From Basidiobolus ranarum (lineage: Eukaryota): a DNA stretch of 39,234 bases. The notes below the pieces were generated by a model. The model was not told the origin of the DNA. It worked only from the letters and a program-made list of their open reading frames with translations, and did not search any database. The stretch spans positions 1-39,234 of the forward strand of contig JASJQH010006919.1 in NCBI GenBank assembly GCA_040143965.1, in the 5' to 3' direction. Made by a program: the position numbers and the translations under genes. Shown here in pieces: positions 11,018-23,366 of the stretch. Positions within the stretch are counted from its first letter, which is position 1. Every line of letters starts with the position of its first letter.

Positions 11018-11791
11018 CTAGTGGGATATTTGTCTATTCTGGAAGTAGGTCTGTAAAAGTCCCAGTGGAACATCATCGTCATCGTCATCATCTTTTTCCT
11101 CTTCAAGGCCATTGGCTCCTGTAATTCTACTTTCAAAGCGAGAGTAAGGAGGAGGTGGTGGAATATATTGGAGTTTGGGAGTTACGGGTGTGGGAACTGG
11201 AGCAATCTGCGAGTATGTAGCTTTTCCTACACGCTTGAGAAAAGCCGCCTTTTCTATAACTCTACGTTCAATTAAAGACGGGTGAAGCCCATCTACGGTG
11301 ACAGAACATTGGAGTTTGGACATGGTTTGATGAATTAGAAGAACTTGCACCATAGGACGTTCTTTACAATTACGTAGCTTTTCCAAGCTCATGATGTATG
11401 CGGATTTCACCGGGGAATATCCAGGACGTTGTTCATGCAAATCGGCATTCAACGCCATATGCAACAAATCATTGTGCATAGTCTGGCCTTCTTTTTCAAA
11501 TTCGTCGAACATATCTTCAGAAGAGAGCTTCTCTTCCTCCGTAGAGGTTGCGAAAAACCGAAAACTACTGAATAGTTGCTTGAAAGTATATGGTTTGGCT
11601 TCTTTGGGAGTGAGTGTTTGAACATGGGCAGAGCTAACAGCATCAGAGTGGTTAAATGGTCTATTTGATACGTCGAGTTTTGTGTCTTTTTCCAACTCAT
11701 AAGTACTCAGTGAAATGAGACTAGTCAAATAGCCGTGAGGTGCTTTTTTAAAGCTCAAGGCTGGTGGTGGTAACGTTATCTCGGAAGGCAT
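11018..11791 (-). CDS. Uncharacterised 257-aa protein with a SERTA/Zds_C-like helical motif, a PPPPPY motif and an acidic DDDVPL tail
   Basis: Long single-exon ORF in AT-rich DNA with protein-like composition. Motifs YIMSLEKLRNCKERPMVQVLLIHQTMSKL, IPPPPPYS and DDDDDDDVPLGLL are read directly. Confidence 0.8.
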   Translation of the reverse strand: MPSEITLPPPALSFKKAPHGYLTSLISLSTYELEKDTKLDVSNRPFNHSDAVSSAHVQTLTPKEAKPYTFKQLFSSFRFFATSTEEEKLSSEDMFDEFEKEGQTMHNDLLHMALNADLHEQRPGYSPVKSAYIMSLEKLRNCKERPMVQVLLIHQTMSKLQCSVTVDGLHPSLIERRVIEKAAFLKRVGKATYSQIAPVPTPVTPKLQYIPPPPPYSRFESRITGANGLEEEKDDDDDDDVPLGLLQTYFQNRQISH

Positions 11792-14700
11792 TTGATATGA
11801 ATGTTTGGAGAGGAAGACCCGCGTAGATACAGAGTTTGCACTTCACTTTCAATCAAGTTGTCTGAATCTCCTAGAGTCAAAGCAAGGGAGAGAGTATCCT
11901 AAACGAGTTACAAGCTGTTAGGATGCTTGTACGTTAAGTACTTCGGAATCGGAGTCAAAGCAAAAAATAAACTTAAGGATCATACGATCAAATATGATCA
12001 TATAGCAAAGGCTCACCAGCAATACCAAAGGAATGTAGGAGAGATTCAGCCGAAATTTAATTAGAGTGCGAGATGGGGTCAGGGGACAAGTACAGACTTG
12101 CATTTATATTACATTCTGGGAATCTAGTACAATCCTTTGAATGGAAACCTCACAGTGTAACACGAGCCAAGTATGGGATCTCGCGTGCTGTATAAGCTGA
12201 TCCTCTTCTCTGGATTCTCTGCTTCAAGAATTGTAGTCTGTAACTGATTTTCATCCCTTAAAGTTAGTAAACTCAGAAGGTGCGCTGAAACTTGATGCAA
12301 AAGAGCATGTAGATGGGAGTCTACCGAACGATAGTTGTACTAACTGAAATTCTGCTCAACAGCTCTAAATGAAAACTACTACGGATACTCAATGCTCCAA
12401 CCGATGGAGTTGGTGGGCACTACTTTTGAGGGTATACTATAAATAGGGATGAATTCTAGGAAGGTTACATCAGTAAAATTAAAAATACAGATCCAACTAG
12501 AAGTAGTATATATATATCATATTGGTATTGGAGCTACTTGAACTGGTAAATCCAGCTGAAGAATTCTCATAGTGATTTAGTCGGAGTGTTCATCTCGATG
12601 CTATTCATTACTGACCAATCAATACATTTAAGATTTTCCTAATTTGCATGAAGGATATTGATATTCTCTGGTCAGGAACACAGGTATCTGCACAACATCT
12701 GACTGCAGCCACAAGGAAGAGGTTATTATCGACATGAGCAAATGAGTTGGTGACAAAAAAGCAAGCTAGGCTGCACTTGATCCCAGCTACGTTGGACAAG
12801 TCCATAGTTATTTTTACCGGTTACACACATTATCTAGTCTGTTTGGCATGTAAAATAGCTGATCAATACGTATCGAAAGATGCAAAATTAAGGGGTGTAG
12901 GAAGGTCTGAAGTAACGTACTGGCTGGTGTCGTGAGATATTCAATGGCAACCGTACACTACAATGGCGTTGAATTCAAATAGACCTTGGATCACTGTAAA
13001 TCAAAAGCATTTAAGCATATGAGAACACTGTGACATTCATCAACGCACAATATGCATACTATCTCGCATCGTAGGTACCCGGATCAATTTTAGATATTTT
13101 GCCATGAAGATACGATAGATATATACGTTTAGTGATCTCAACGGTGCATCGCTGCCACCATCATCATTTCTATTTTTATGTTGGACTCTAGAATTCGACA
13201 TCTTGATTTGACTCGATCAAATAATGAAGCCAAATCGAGTTAGATGTCATGGCTACTCAAGCTACAAGCATGAATATGTATGTATGAATAAGTATGACCT
13301 CAGTATCTACCAATGAAACGTTGAACTAGTAAGTTGCCTTGTCTGCTAAATCGATAGATGACATCTATTCAACACGAATGACTCATTGAACTTGCCTAGC
13401 TGCTCTTAAAGGGGTTTAGCCCATATAGAACCCTTATTTTACTGGTCTTTACCGAGGATTTTGAATTTCTATAACAAGCCTTGTTTTTGATACTAAGTAG
13501 GATACGGTTATTGTCACTTGCTCATGGTGCAGAAATGGGCGAGTCATGCAAGGGTTTAAGGCAACCGATTACATATGGAAGGCACAGTGACTAAACTGCT
13601 ACATTGTCGTGGTTGTATATGTGACATGATATATGTGGAGCAAGGCTACTTTCTACCTCTTCTACCATATTCGCAGATATCTGATCAAAAGGCTAATGAC
13701 GCAACCTCAATGACAGGGAACTGACAGCACTGTGACATGGAATCCGTAAAGGGTGACCAGTGCATTTGGCTACCCACATTGGTACTTTGATTTTGCAGTT
13801 TGTAGCATCTTTTGGTTGCTCCGTTTCAAGGCCGATCGAATTAGACAAATAGAGGCAAAAGGAGAGTATGTGTAATGAATTGGTATTGATTTAAGTATAC
13901 CCACGCACATCATTAGAGTTCCAAACTCAACATTACCCTTGCTTGAAAGCAATGCCATCTCAAATGATCATTTTCAACAGAAAAGATATCCTCACACAGC
14001 AATGGTTATCAAAATGCAGGTTGGCTATCTAGTCAAAGAAGCTAGACTTGGTCGTGGTAGCAATACAAGATCATTGCACTAATATGACTATTTATCTCAT
14101 AACTAGACAGTACGACTCAAATTCGGGCCTGGAAGTCCACAACACAAGGATATCAAACTCATATAGTCGATTCACCAAACCGTATGTCTGTGAAGTCCAC
14201 CAGCGGAGAATAGTGCTCAAAATGAATGTATTGGAAATATTACTTTGATACAGATACAGCAAACCTAAAGTATGATTACATGACTCATAGAGATGACGCT
14301 ATAGTGGTCCTCCATTGATAGTAAAACTTTGGTTGGAAGGTAGTCTTTAGTCAATTGATATGAACTGCAATGAGTAGTAAACTAACCTAATTCATGGTAG
14401 ATCAATTGGTCTGATTGTGTATCAGATATTGATGCTCAACAATTCCCATAATTGAATGAATAGTTCCACAGATTGAACTATTATTTTCTTTAACATTTCC
14501 AAAATACACCATGTCTACAGGCTCCATGATCAAATAAACGGGTTCAATGACTTCATTGCATATGAATATGTACGTATTGGCTAGATATTCAATCTTTTTC
14601 ACAACTATCTCTAACAATTTCTTAGAGGTGTGTCAAGTCTTGCAAAATGTCTCTGTAAGATGGATGTAAGAGATAGAACAATGGGGATTATTGCTCATAT

Positions 14701-16146
14701 ATTTCGAAAAACAGCCTGAAGTTTGGTGATCTATTTATCTCTACACACTCAACAATAATCTTTGATAAATGTACGCAATCATCAACTTTTCAATATTCTT
14801 ATTAAATCATAAACTACAATCGCATATATATATATAATTAAAACTACTTTCTGAATACTATCATGCCAATAACAACAGCTGATGGTCGTCTTTGACAAGG
14901 ATGCTGTGTATTGAAGATACATATAGAAAGTAAGTTCCAAAGTGTAGGGGAATTGAGTGATTATTCACGCCAATACTGCTACTTGGTAAACGTATAATAC
15001 CTGGTTGGATTTATAATTATAAAAGCAACGGCTCACTAAATATGAGGAGAATCCTAAAACCTATTCAAGGATGCTCTAAACTAACAGAAACCTCAAGTAC
15101 CTTTTTGGACCTCAGGGCAAGAAGAGTTAAACACTCCCGCTCGTTAAGATTTCAAACAAGGTAACTCCGCCCCTACCACTCGAAAGTCCCATCGATATAA
15201 CGGGATGATATACTGATACATCTCTATATTGCAACTGTATATAGCCGAGGTTAATCTGGCTGAAGCTGTGTAACCCAATTTGACTCGAAAGAACTTACAA
15301 CCCTGGATATTGCATTATCACATCGCAATGACAATATGGGTTTGGGTCAATCTAAACCGTTGCCACCCCTCAGAGAGACGGAAGGCATATAAGAGTAAAG
15401 ATTGTGAGATTTTGGATTGTTTTATTGCCCATCATTCACCGCCTACGCCTAATACCTAAGTTTTGAATATTAAAACAACTTCCATATATGGTGCATCTAA
15501 GTATAACTCTTAGTGATGTACTACATATTAATCTATTTATGTACTGGGTTACCAGAAACCATTCTAAAATACGCAGAGGATATCTAATTTTCTTCATAAT
15601 GTAATCAAACTATATCGTTTCTCGTCAACAATTTAGCCCTGACATAGGGAAATGAAAGATTGGATTGGAGGGGTGGTAGAAATCTTCAAAACTTCCTCAA
15701 ACGTCAATAATATAACAATCTTCACGGTAATTGCTTGGTAATATGTTTCAATCACTACCATTCAATTCTGTGAAGGCACGATTAGGAGGAGGTGATGGCA
15801 ATTCGCAATAAGCGTATGCGGACTGCTTTGAATCACTATATATTTGGAATCTAGTATATTGCATAACTTTGGGCTTTCTTGTGATCGCTATTGGCTATGT
15901 AGCTCTGTTACTTTTCCAAGCATAATGATAATAAAACTCAAGACAGCAATGGTCCCAATTCATCTCATTCGATAACGGCATCAAATACAGGATAGTATTA
16001 ATATTCAGTACATACTGTCTTAATAGAGCCTATGCTATATTGTGGAATGTATCAAATTGAGCTTGATGAAGGAGTAAAAAGGGAAATTTATCTGGTGAAT
16101 AGAACTGACAAAACGAGAGGTAATATATCCGACTTGAGACTTCACC

Positions 16147-16154
16147 TATATAAA
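16147..16154 (+). promoter_or_regulatory. TATA box of the secreted protein gene
   Basis: TATATAAA 104 bp upstream of the signal-peptide ATG at 16251. Confidence 0.55.
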
Positions 16155-16250
16155 CCTCTTTCATTCTTAACCAGCATCAAAAATTCTGATTGTTTGTTTG
16201 TTTCGCAAATACTAACTTGGGAAGTTACTCTACTTACTAGGATTATACAC

Positions 16251-16895
16251 ATGAAGTTCTTAAGATCGATTATTGTTGCCGGCCTATTGAGTGTTGCATC
16301 TGCTTGTGAAAACGAGTGTCGTCAAGCAGCAGACCGGGACTTTGTTGATAAATATACCCCTTTGGTTACTGAGTTATTCAGCAACTTCGAGAGAGACGTG
16401 AAATCTACTTTTTCTTACGAGATACGGACACATATTGCCCTTGAAGCCAATGTTAAGAATGCTTTCTACAAATCTCAACAACTTCTCATGGAAAAAATGC
16501 ATAATATTATGGACTACGGTATTTTCGGCAAATACCACGCTCGTTGCCATCAAGTAGATACTCCTGGATGTCCAAATTACTATTGCTTAGAAGTGTGCGG
16601 CTCTCCTGGCTCCATTATCTACTATTTGGATGATGTATTGACTCGTACTCGTGCTGGTGTTATTGAGGCCATCAAAGCAGACTCTGATGAGAATGGGAAA
16701 TACGATCAGCTTATTTGGGCCGCTGTAGTTAAGATTTTGGGGAAAGATGTGAGTCCCGCTAACTTGGATAAACTTCGTGTCGACTACTTGGTAGACCTTA
16801 AAACTTTCCAAGACAATGCTGACACTATATGTGAAAAGGATTGCTTTGAAAAATGGGCCCCAAAGCTTGTTTACTTACTACAAGGTTATGATTAA
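16251..16895 (+). CDS. Secreted cysteine-containing protein (214 aa, 8 Cys), uncharacterised
   Basis: Classical signal peptide MKFLRSIIVAGLLSVASA followed by CENECR, then YHARC...GCPNYYCLEVCGSPGS and ICEKDCF. Start moved from 16032 to 16251 because of the signal peptide and the TATA box. Confidence 0.85.
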   Translation: MKFLRSIIVAGLLSVASACENECRQAADRDFVDKYTPLVTELFSNFERDVKSTFSYEIRTHIALEANVKNAFYKSQQLLMEKMHNIMDYGIFGKYHARCHQVDTPGCPNYYCLEVCGSPGSIIYYLDDVLTRTRAGVIEAIKADSDENGKYDQLIWAAVVKILGKDVSPANLDKLRVDYLVDLKTFQDNADTICEKDCFEKWAPKLVYLLQGYD

Positions 16896-18092
16896 TTCTA
16901 GTTATCCAGGACAAATATTCCTTGAATCATCGACGTCTTTTACCTGGTTTTTTTGGGCACAACTCATTTTGGATTCAAGCATAGGTTCTTGTAAACAACA
17001 TTATAATCCTTAAATGTACAACCATCCGTATTGTAATTAGTAACGAATGAAGTAATCATGGCAATTCTTATTATAAACAAAGTTGCACATGTGCAATCCC
17101 TCTATACATGTAGCCCAGCTTGAAATCAACTTGCCAAGAAAATCTTGCATCAAATCTAGCAATTGAAACCATTATGAACTATAATCTCAAGCTAATGAAT
17201 CTTTGTACGTGATATCCGCAAGCGATGATCCAGATAAATGGTCTGACCAGTTGATAACGCATTACAACTACTGGACAAAAGCATTTCCTTTTTTTTGCCA
17301 AATACTTGTGTTAGTTAAGTTTAACCATTAAACTTGAATGTAGACTACTGTGTGAGCACAAAGTAAATGTAGATCCAAGATTACCATGTCTAATTTCAAC
17401 AGAAGGATTACGATTATGCTAATTAGAATTGGGCGGTCCAATTGTAAGTCCCATGACATACTAACTGGGGATGCAGCTAAAAATTGTACCACGAGTCTAT
17501 TTCTGATTCAATAAATCCATATACAGAATACACAACATTAAACGCTACGCCAACTCTAGCTAAATATCGATGGACTTGATTTTTGTAGGAATTTGAGAGA
17601 TATTTTTGGCTCTCAACAATCCAAATTTAAATTTTAATGTTAATTCGCTACCAGTCTGCCACAGGTATTACTTGCTAAACACCCTGGCTCACGTAGGTAA
17701 ATTCCCACAAGCCCGCATAAGTTTTTGGGCTAAGTCGAGTACTAAGCGAAGTGGGACCATCAGGTATGCCAATAGATAACTTGTGTACATGAAATACTAT
17801 TGACCTACATGTACTTCTTCCAAAATATGCACACTCACATTGGGTTTTGAACATATAATGAGCTATGGGAAATATAGCCTTTGCTCACCAGTTTCCAAAT
17901 ACTTGGCCAATTATTCGGATTAAACTGGATGTTACTAGCTGACAAACTTATATGGAATTCACTCAAGAACTATCCAGACGGACTTGTGAGCTTACTTTGG
18001 AATATCTAGAATAGCAGCCAAGGTGTCATTAGGAGTGCACTGCATGACCTGTCCTGGAAGTTCTCGGAGCTCCGAGCATTGGGGCAAGCTCG

Positions 18093-18126
18093 TAATTTCT
18101 ACGTACCATTAATTTCTACGTACCAT
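18093..18126. repeat. Perfect 17-bp tandem duplication (TAATTTCTACGTACCAT x2)
   Basis: Copies at 18093-18109 and 18110-18126. Confidence 0.9.
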
Positions 18127-19092
18127 TATCAATTGAAACTCATTGACTGCTTGGCAGTACTTGATACAAATAAATCCGTTTCAAAATATAAGTAGTAGGC
18201 GTACAAATCAAACCAAATGATGTCATGAACTATGTAAGCTGGTAAGCGTTTTGGATGAACATTCTATGGCATTAGTAAGTGCAACAGTGAGAATCGACAA
18301 ATGATTTCAATCGGAAAACACTTTGGGAAAAGCAAGACCAAATCGCCACCTTGATAGCATTGAGAATGAACGCACCCCCCAGGATTTTGCTCGCTTAAAA
18401 AAGCTAGAAAAGATGAAATGTCCCGACACTGCCTGCGACTATTGCCAAGCATTCAACATGCTCTCATTGGCTTGCAGCCATCATTGTTTACATAAGAAAC
18501 CCGATGCTCGAATGTGTAATGGAAAGGCGGAGATTAGCTAGCCATGACTGATCCCAGAGTTGGGAATGCAACCATTGGTCCCCACTACAAGCCAGGGGGA
18601 GATCAGTATGATGGTGGCGAAATTGCACTGATATCGTATTCAAAACTACCGACCAAATCCTTCATTGTCTTGAGATCGTCAACCTCAGGTTGCCTCCTTT
18701 CTCCAATATTTTCCAGCCTGACGTGAAACAAACACATCAAGATACTCTATTTGCATTGGATATCGGCAGCTGATTGATTGAAATTCTGCTCATAATCTAT
18801 CATCATTCTACTGGCGGTGGAGACCGATTTTTTATGGGACCTCTTAATCACCTCAATCAGTCATAGCGATGCAACAATTAATTTATTAATAAAGCAATTT
18901 AAGGTTCCGCTGGTTTTATTTTTGGCTTATTCCTGAAGCTGATCTGGAAATATATAAGTACCCAGTGTCACTCAATTTGTCAATTACTTTTGTAAATACA
19001 TTTTCAATTTGGGTGCATCAGTCTCCGCAGCATCACCAGGACTTCATAAACCTTGTCATTTGAGATTCCAACACCTTCATTGATTTTCTAAA

Positions 19093-20385
19093 ATGCCTAG
19101 CACAGTCCCAATTGAGGTAGTCGTCACCCCTTGTTTGGACAAGAACGAGCATAATTCAATTCGAGTGTATCATTTACCTTCCAAGGCTGTTGTACAGGGA
19201 ATCGAACCAAAATTCCTTCCTCTTTCGCACCCAAGCTCTTCTCTTTCATTGGATAACTATTCTACCTTAACGACATATTCCTCAGCTCATTCCTCTTCAA
19301 GCTTTAACTCGGAGCACGATTGCTCTTCCATCAACCTCACTCAGATTCCAAGTCGGTTCGTATTTACCGAGATAAAAAAGCATACCGCAAGTCCTACAAA
19401 GAAACGCCGTTTTGCTATATTTTCGCAATTGAGAAAGGTTCTAGCACGCCAAAAGAAAAAAGTGTTTCCCCTTATTGATGCTCTCGAAAAACGTCAAGGA
19501 CCTTCGCTCAAAGATTGCTATGGCGTGTTTGTTGACGTTATAGGTTCTGGAAATGGCGGAAGCGTTCTTCTTGCTCGTAAGGATACGGAAGAGCAGGTAA
19601 CATAAGACCTTATATTCATCATTTGAATCCAGATATTAATGTTATTACGAAATTCTTAGAAGTATGCCGTGAAAAATTTTCGACAACGCTTTCCTGGAGA
19701 AAGTGAAGCACAGTATTATGAATGGCTTAGTAACGAGATATTTATCGCAGCCTCTGTTCAGCATCCTCACATCATTGACATTCATGACGTTGTGCTCGAA
19801 GAGGGAGAGATCCATCAAATCATGGAATATTGTCCAACTGATGTATTTCGAATCGTCAATTCTGGAGAAATGACCATGGACAAAGCGAATAAATACTTTG
19901 CTCAGCTTATACTCGGACTTTCTTATCTACATGGCCGCGGCTTTGGTCATCGCGATTTGAAGCTTGAAAATATTTGTGTCGATACAAACGACGACATCAA
20001 AATTATTGATTTCGGATGTGCAATTGTGTTCCGAACTTTTGGTCGCGAGCCTAAACTCGTTGAAGATGTCTGTGGCTCTGACCCGTACATTGCACCAGAA
20101 ATCTTTGATGGCGAGGCGTACGATGTGAGAAAATCCGATATCTGGTCAGCGGCCATCATCTACATCACGATGATACTGCATAAATTCCCCTGGGACATCG
20201 CTCGGTCGAACGATAAATCCTATAAACTATACTTGGAGCACCGTAAAACTGGTCGCTTTTTCACCAAAATCCCCCACGTAGCTGCGACGATATTAAAAAG
20301 GATGCTTGAGCCTAATCCCAGCTTACGTGCTTCTATGGATGAAGTATTGGCCGATGACTGGATTCAGAGTCTGATTTCTACGTAG
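19093..20385 (+). CDS. Ser/Thr protein kinase, fungal HAL/NPR/HRK-like; exons 19093-19596, 19660-20385
   Basis: Kinase motifs GSGNGGSV, KYAVK (formed across the 63-bp GTAACA...TAG intron), HRDLKLEN, DFG, CGSDPYIAPE and DIWS. Ser-rich N-terminus. TATATAA at 18951. Confidence 0.92.
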
Positions 20386-23366
20386 CGATTGTGTCGTCAT
20401 TCTTTTGTAAATAGCTGGTACATTTGCTAAATATTTTTATTTCTGTACAACAGCCATCCTCGATTCAATCTCATTCTATATACTACCAGTAACCATTTGT
20501 ACCATTCATGTCATGCCCATCCTTTGTACATGTTAGACTTGGGCCAGCTAAACCTTCTATGGAGAAATAAATTGAACATTTACATTGGTTTTAGATGTGA
20601 GCCACATCATTGGTCAATGGAACAAGGCTTGAGGGCAAATGATCACGGCAGTTGCGCCATTGTCAACAAGATGTTTCACGATGCAAGTTAGATTAATTTA
20701 CCATCGCCCTCATTGACAGGCGGGGGTTCGATTAATCTGATTGTAGTGGATCCACCCACTTGAAGAGTCTCAAGATCGAAAGTCGCATATTTGAAAGACG
20801 GTTTTTTATATGCATCATCAACAGATGATTGTGATTGGGGAACTTTGACTAGGATGTAAACATATGCACGCGTTTTTCTCTATGCAGTCAACATTAATAT
20901 GGATCAATGGGTTGCATTCCAGATCCACATAGCATGACATACAATTCGCATTCAACAATGATGATTACCCTTGAGAATCAGAGACTGAGATCGTCTTGCT
21001 TCAGTAACGTGTGGTTTTTCGTTTAGTTCTCCTTCTCAAGGCTGGTTTGTGGTGAGAATCAAAACATAGTTTCAATAGAAATTCCAATCTATTTTGCATT
21101 AACAGCAACCTTGATGAGTCAATCTTAAGGATTCGTATGAACATTGTCTACTCTGTCCAACATCAAATATCAGATAAATCAAAATATCTATCTCGTAGAT
21201 TTTTACCAATTCCACAAACATGTATAATAATTTCGGACACGATCCATTTTAGATCTAGTTCCAAGGATATCAACCAGATAGAGCTAGAGGGTTCTTCTTA
21301 GCAGAAAATTCACTCAGAACCGTAACTAATGCCGACAAAGAGATGTGTCTATGATTTGTCATTTTCCACGAGCATCTGTTTCATTGCTGGATTCACTTTC
21401 TGGACTTGAAACCTCTTCAACTCGTGTGGAATTCGTGGATATTCTCAAGGACATTGCAGAATGATCACATTGTGCAGATGCTACTATCTTATCTATTCCA
21501 GCTCGTCAAGCGTTCAGAGTTGATATTTGACTGTGTTTCATATGCTTGCGAGTTCTCATTCACCAGCATATTCGTGGTTACCTGGTGCTGAAAGTTAACA
21601 AACATATCTAATGATAAGAGGTTTTGAAATTCATGATGTAACTTGAATCCTGGAGGGATTTCTCGCATTTCTGATTTGTCGACAAGAAGTTAGTGTACAT
21701 TAGGATGTTTTGTTTATGGTACCGCAAGCTAGTTAATTCAATGGTTTACTTAGAGCGGAGTCTCCTTTGTATATTGGTGACAATCAATCGTCATCCATCC
21801 ATGGAGTTTGTGTGGCCTTACGGCTCGGTCTTGAAGTAGTCTATATCGATATTCATCAGGGTGGAAGACTAATTTCATGATCATGTCTAACATATCCTGC
21901 CGTGTAATACTAGTTTAATTTACTTCAAATGGGTTTCAATATTTCGTCATATTAATTGCCGAATCTGATCAAATCAGATAGAAACTCTAAGAATCATATT
22001 CCTTTGTGATTTTACTTTATCTAGCACTGAACCTAAAGCTGACCCAAACCATACGCTACCTAAGAAATGAACATCTGGCCGAATTCATACCATATTGTGG
22101 CAGTCCACTACAGGTAGGGTTCTGCTTTTTCATCATTATTCTAGTTTATCAAGTAGTCTTAGATTTATGGAAAGAGTTCTGGAAAGATGCAGATGGCTTA
22201 TTTGCGAGAAGGGTGGTCATAAGCGATCCTGTTTTATAATAAGTATTTAATTGTTTCATATTTCATGGAGCTGTATATTTTGTGGATACTAAATTCAAGT
22301 GACTTTACGCAGATACTTTGCTGTAAACATGTGACTTACCAACCAAATGATGGGCAAGCCTACAATACCGGTCATGGTGTTGCCGCGGAGAGCAGGGGTG
22401 TTATGAATTACTAGTCTTGATGTGTATCAAACGTACATTACAGTAACTTTAGAGCATTGGGGTTATGGTTAGGGTCAGGATGCTTAGCGCATGCAATTCA
22501 ACAATCATGTACTATCCATCAAATGATAATGGTTAAAAAAGGGTGCGAGATAGTAGTAACGTCTAAACTTGCATTCTTTCCTATCCTTTTGACTGCTTGT
22601 TGGTTGGACTGAGCTCAAAATATATATTACCGTGATGATATGAATGCTTATTGAAATCAATCAGGTATTGGATGAAGCAAGTCAAAACCCCTAATAATCG
22701 AGCCTTCACAAAATACACTTGTATTCTTATCTCTGGCATTATACAGAGAGACATCTCAGATACCTGTGCAACTAAAGAATGTGTTAGGCCATCGCACTTC
22801 ATAAGCCCCCAGCAAGCTACCCTATTGCATCTTCTAATAGTGAGAAATCCCCTGGTTTTAGACAAAGTTGGTCAAATAAACACAGGCTTCATTGATATGT
22901 CAGATTCACGGATCTTTATGATATCTAATTTAAAATCAGTGCCTTCAGCTCTTCACATGCAGGGAATTGAGTATGTAAATATGCATTGGTCACATGAATT
23001 ACTAAAATGGCTGAATTGGATTGTTTGAACACGAAGCACACACAGGTGTTAGCAAGTTCAGCACTTACGTATACTTTGCAAAAAGTGTGGTTGAAGGGAA
23101 AAGGAGTCTCATTATATGATCAACCCTGTAGTAAGATGATAGATTTGCATTATATATATGTATTGATTAGCTGTTAAAAGGTGAAGTGTTAATATATACA
23201 TAGCAACCAATTTTATACGTGAATCAAGCAGCGATCAAACACACGCAACACCAAGAGATCTTATTTAAGTGACCATTTTGAGTTATTGCTGAAAGTCATC
23301 CTCAAATCTCCTTATAAGCCAGTCGCATCCAGTCTCTAAGCTTGGCAACAACTCACTAACAACGCA

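Noticed and set aside
14402-14617. VYLIMEP resembling a kinase hinge segment
   Set aside because: I found no other kinase motifs (HRD, DFG, APE) nearby; non-ATG start.
16032-16250. 73-codon N-terminal extension of the secreted protein in the ORF track
   Set aside because: It contains the TATA box and would bury a clear signal peptide that starts at 16251.
3675-18126. Short direct repeats (19 bp and 17 bp) considered as CRISPR-like arrays
   Set aside because: Adjacent tandem copies without spacers, in eukaryotic DNA with no cas genes.
18323-18541. Cys/His-rich ORF (CPDTACDYC...CSHHC) as a possible zinc finger
   Set aside because: Spacing matches no family I know, non-ATG start, and no supporting gene structure.
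21340-21670. Short polar minus-strand frames (MREIPPGF..., MSLRISTNSTRVEEV...) as a possible small gene or pseudogene
   Set aside because: Interrupted by stops, with no consistent splice model or recognisable motif.
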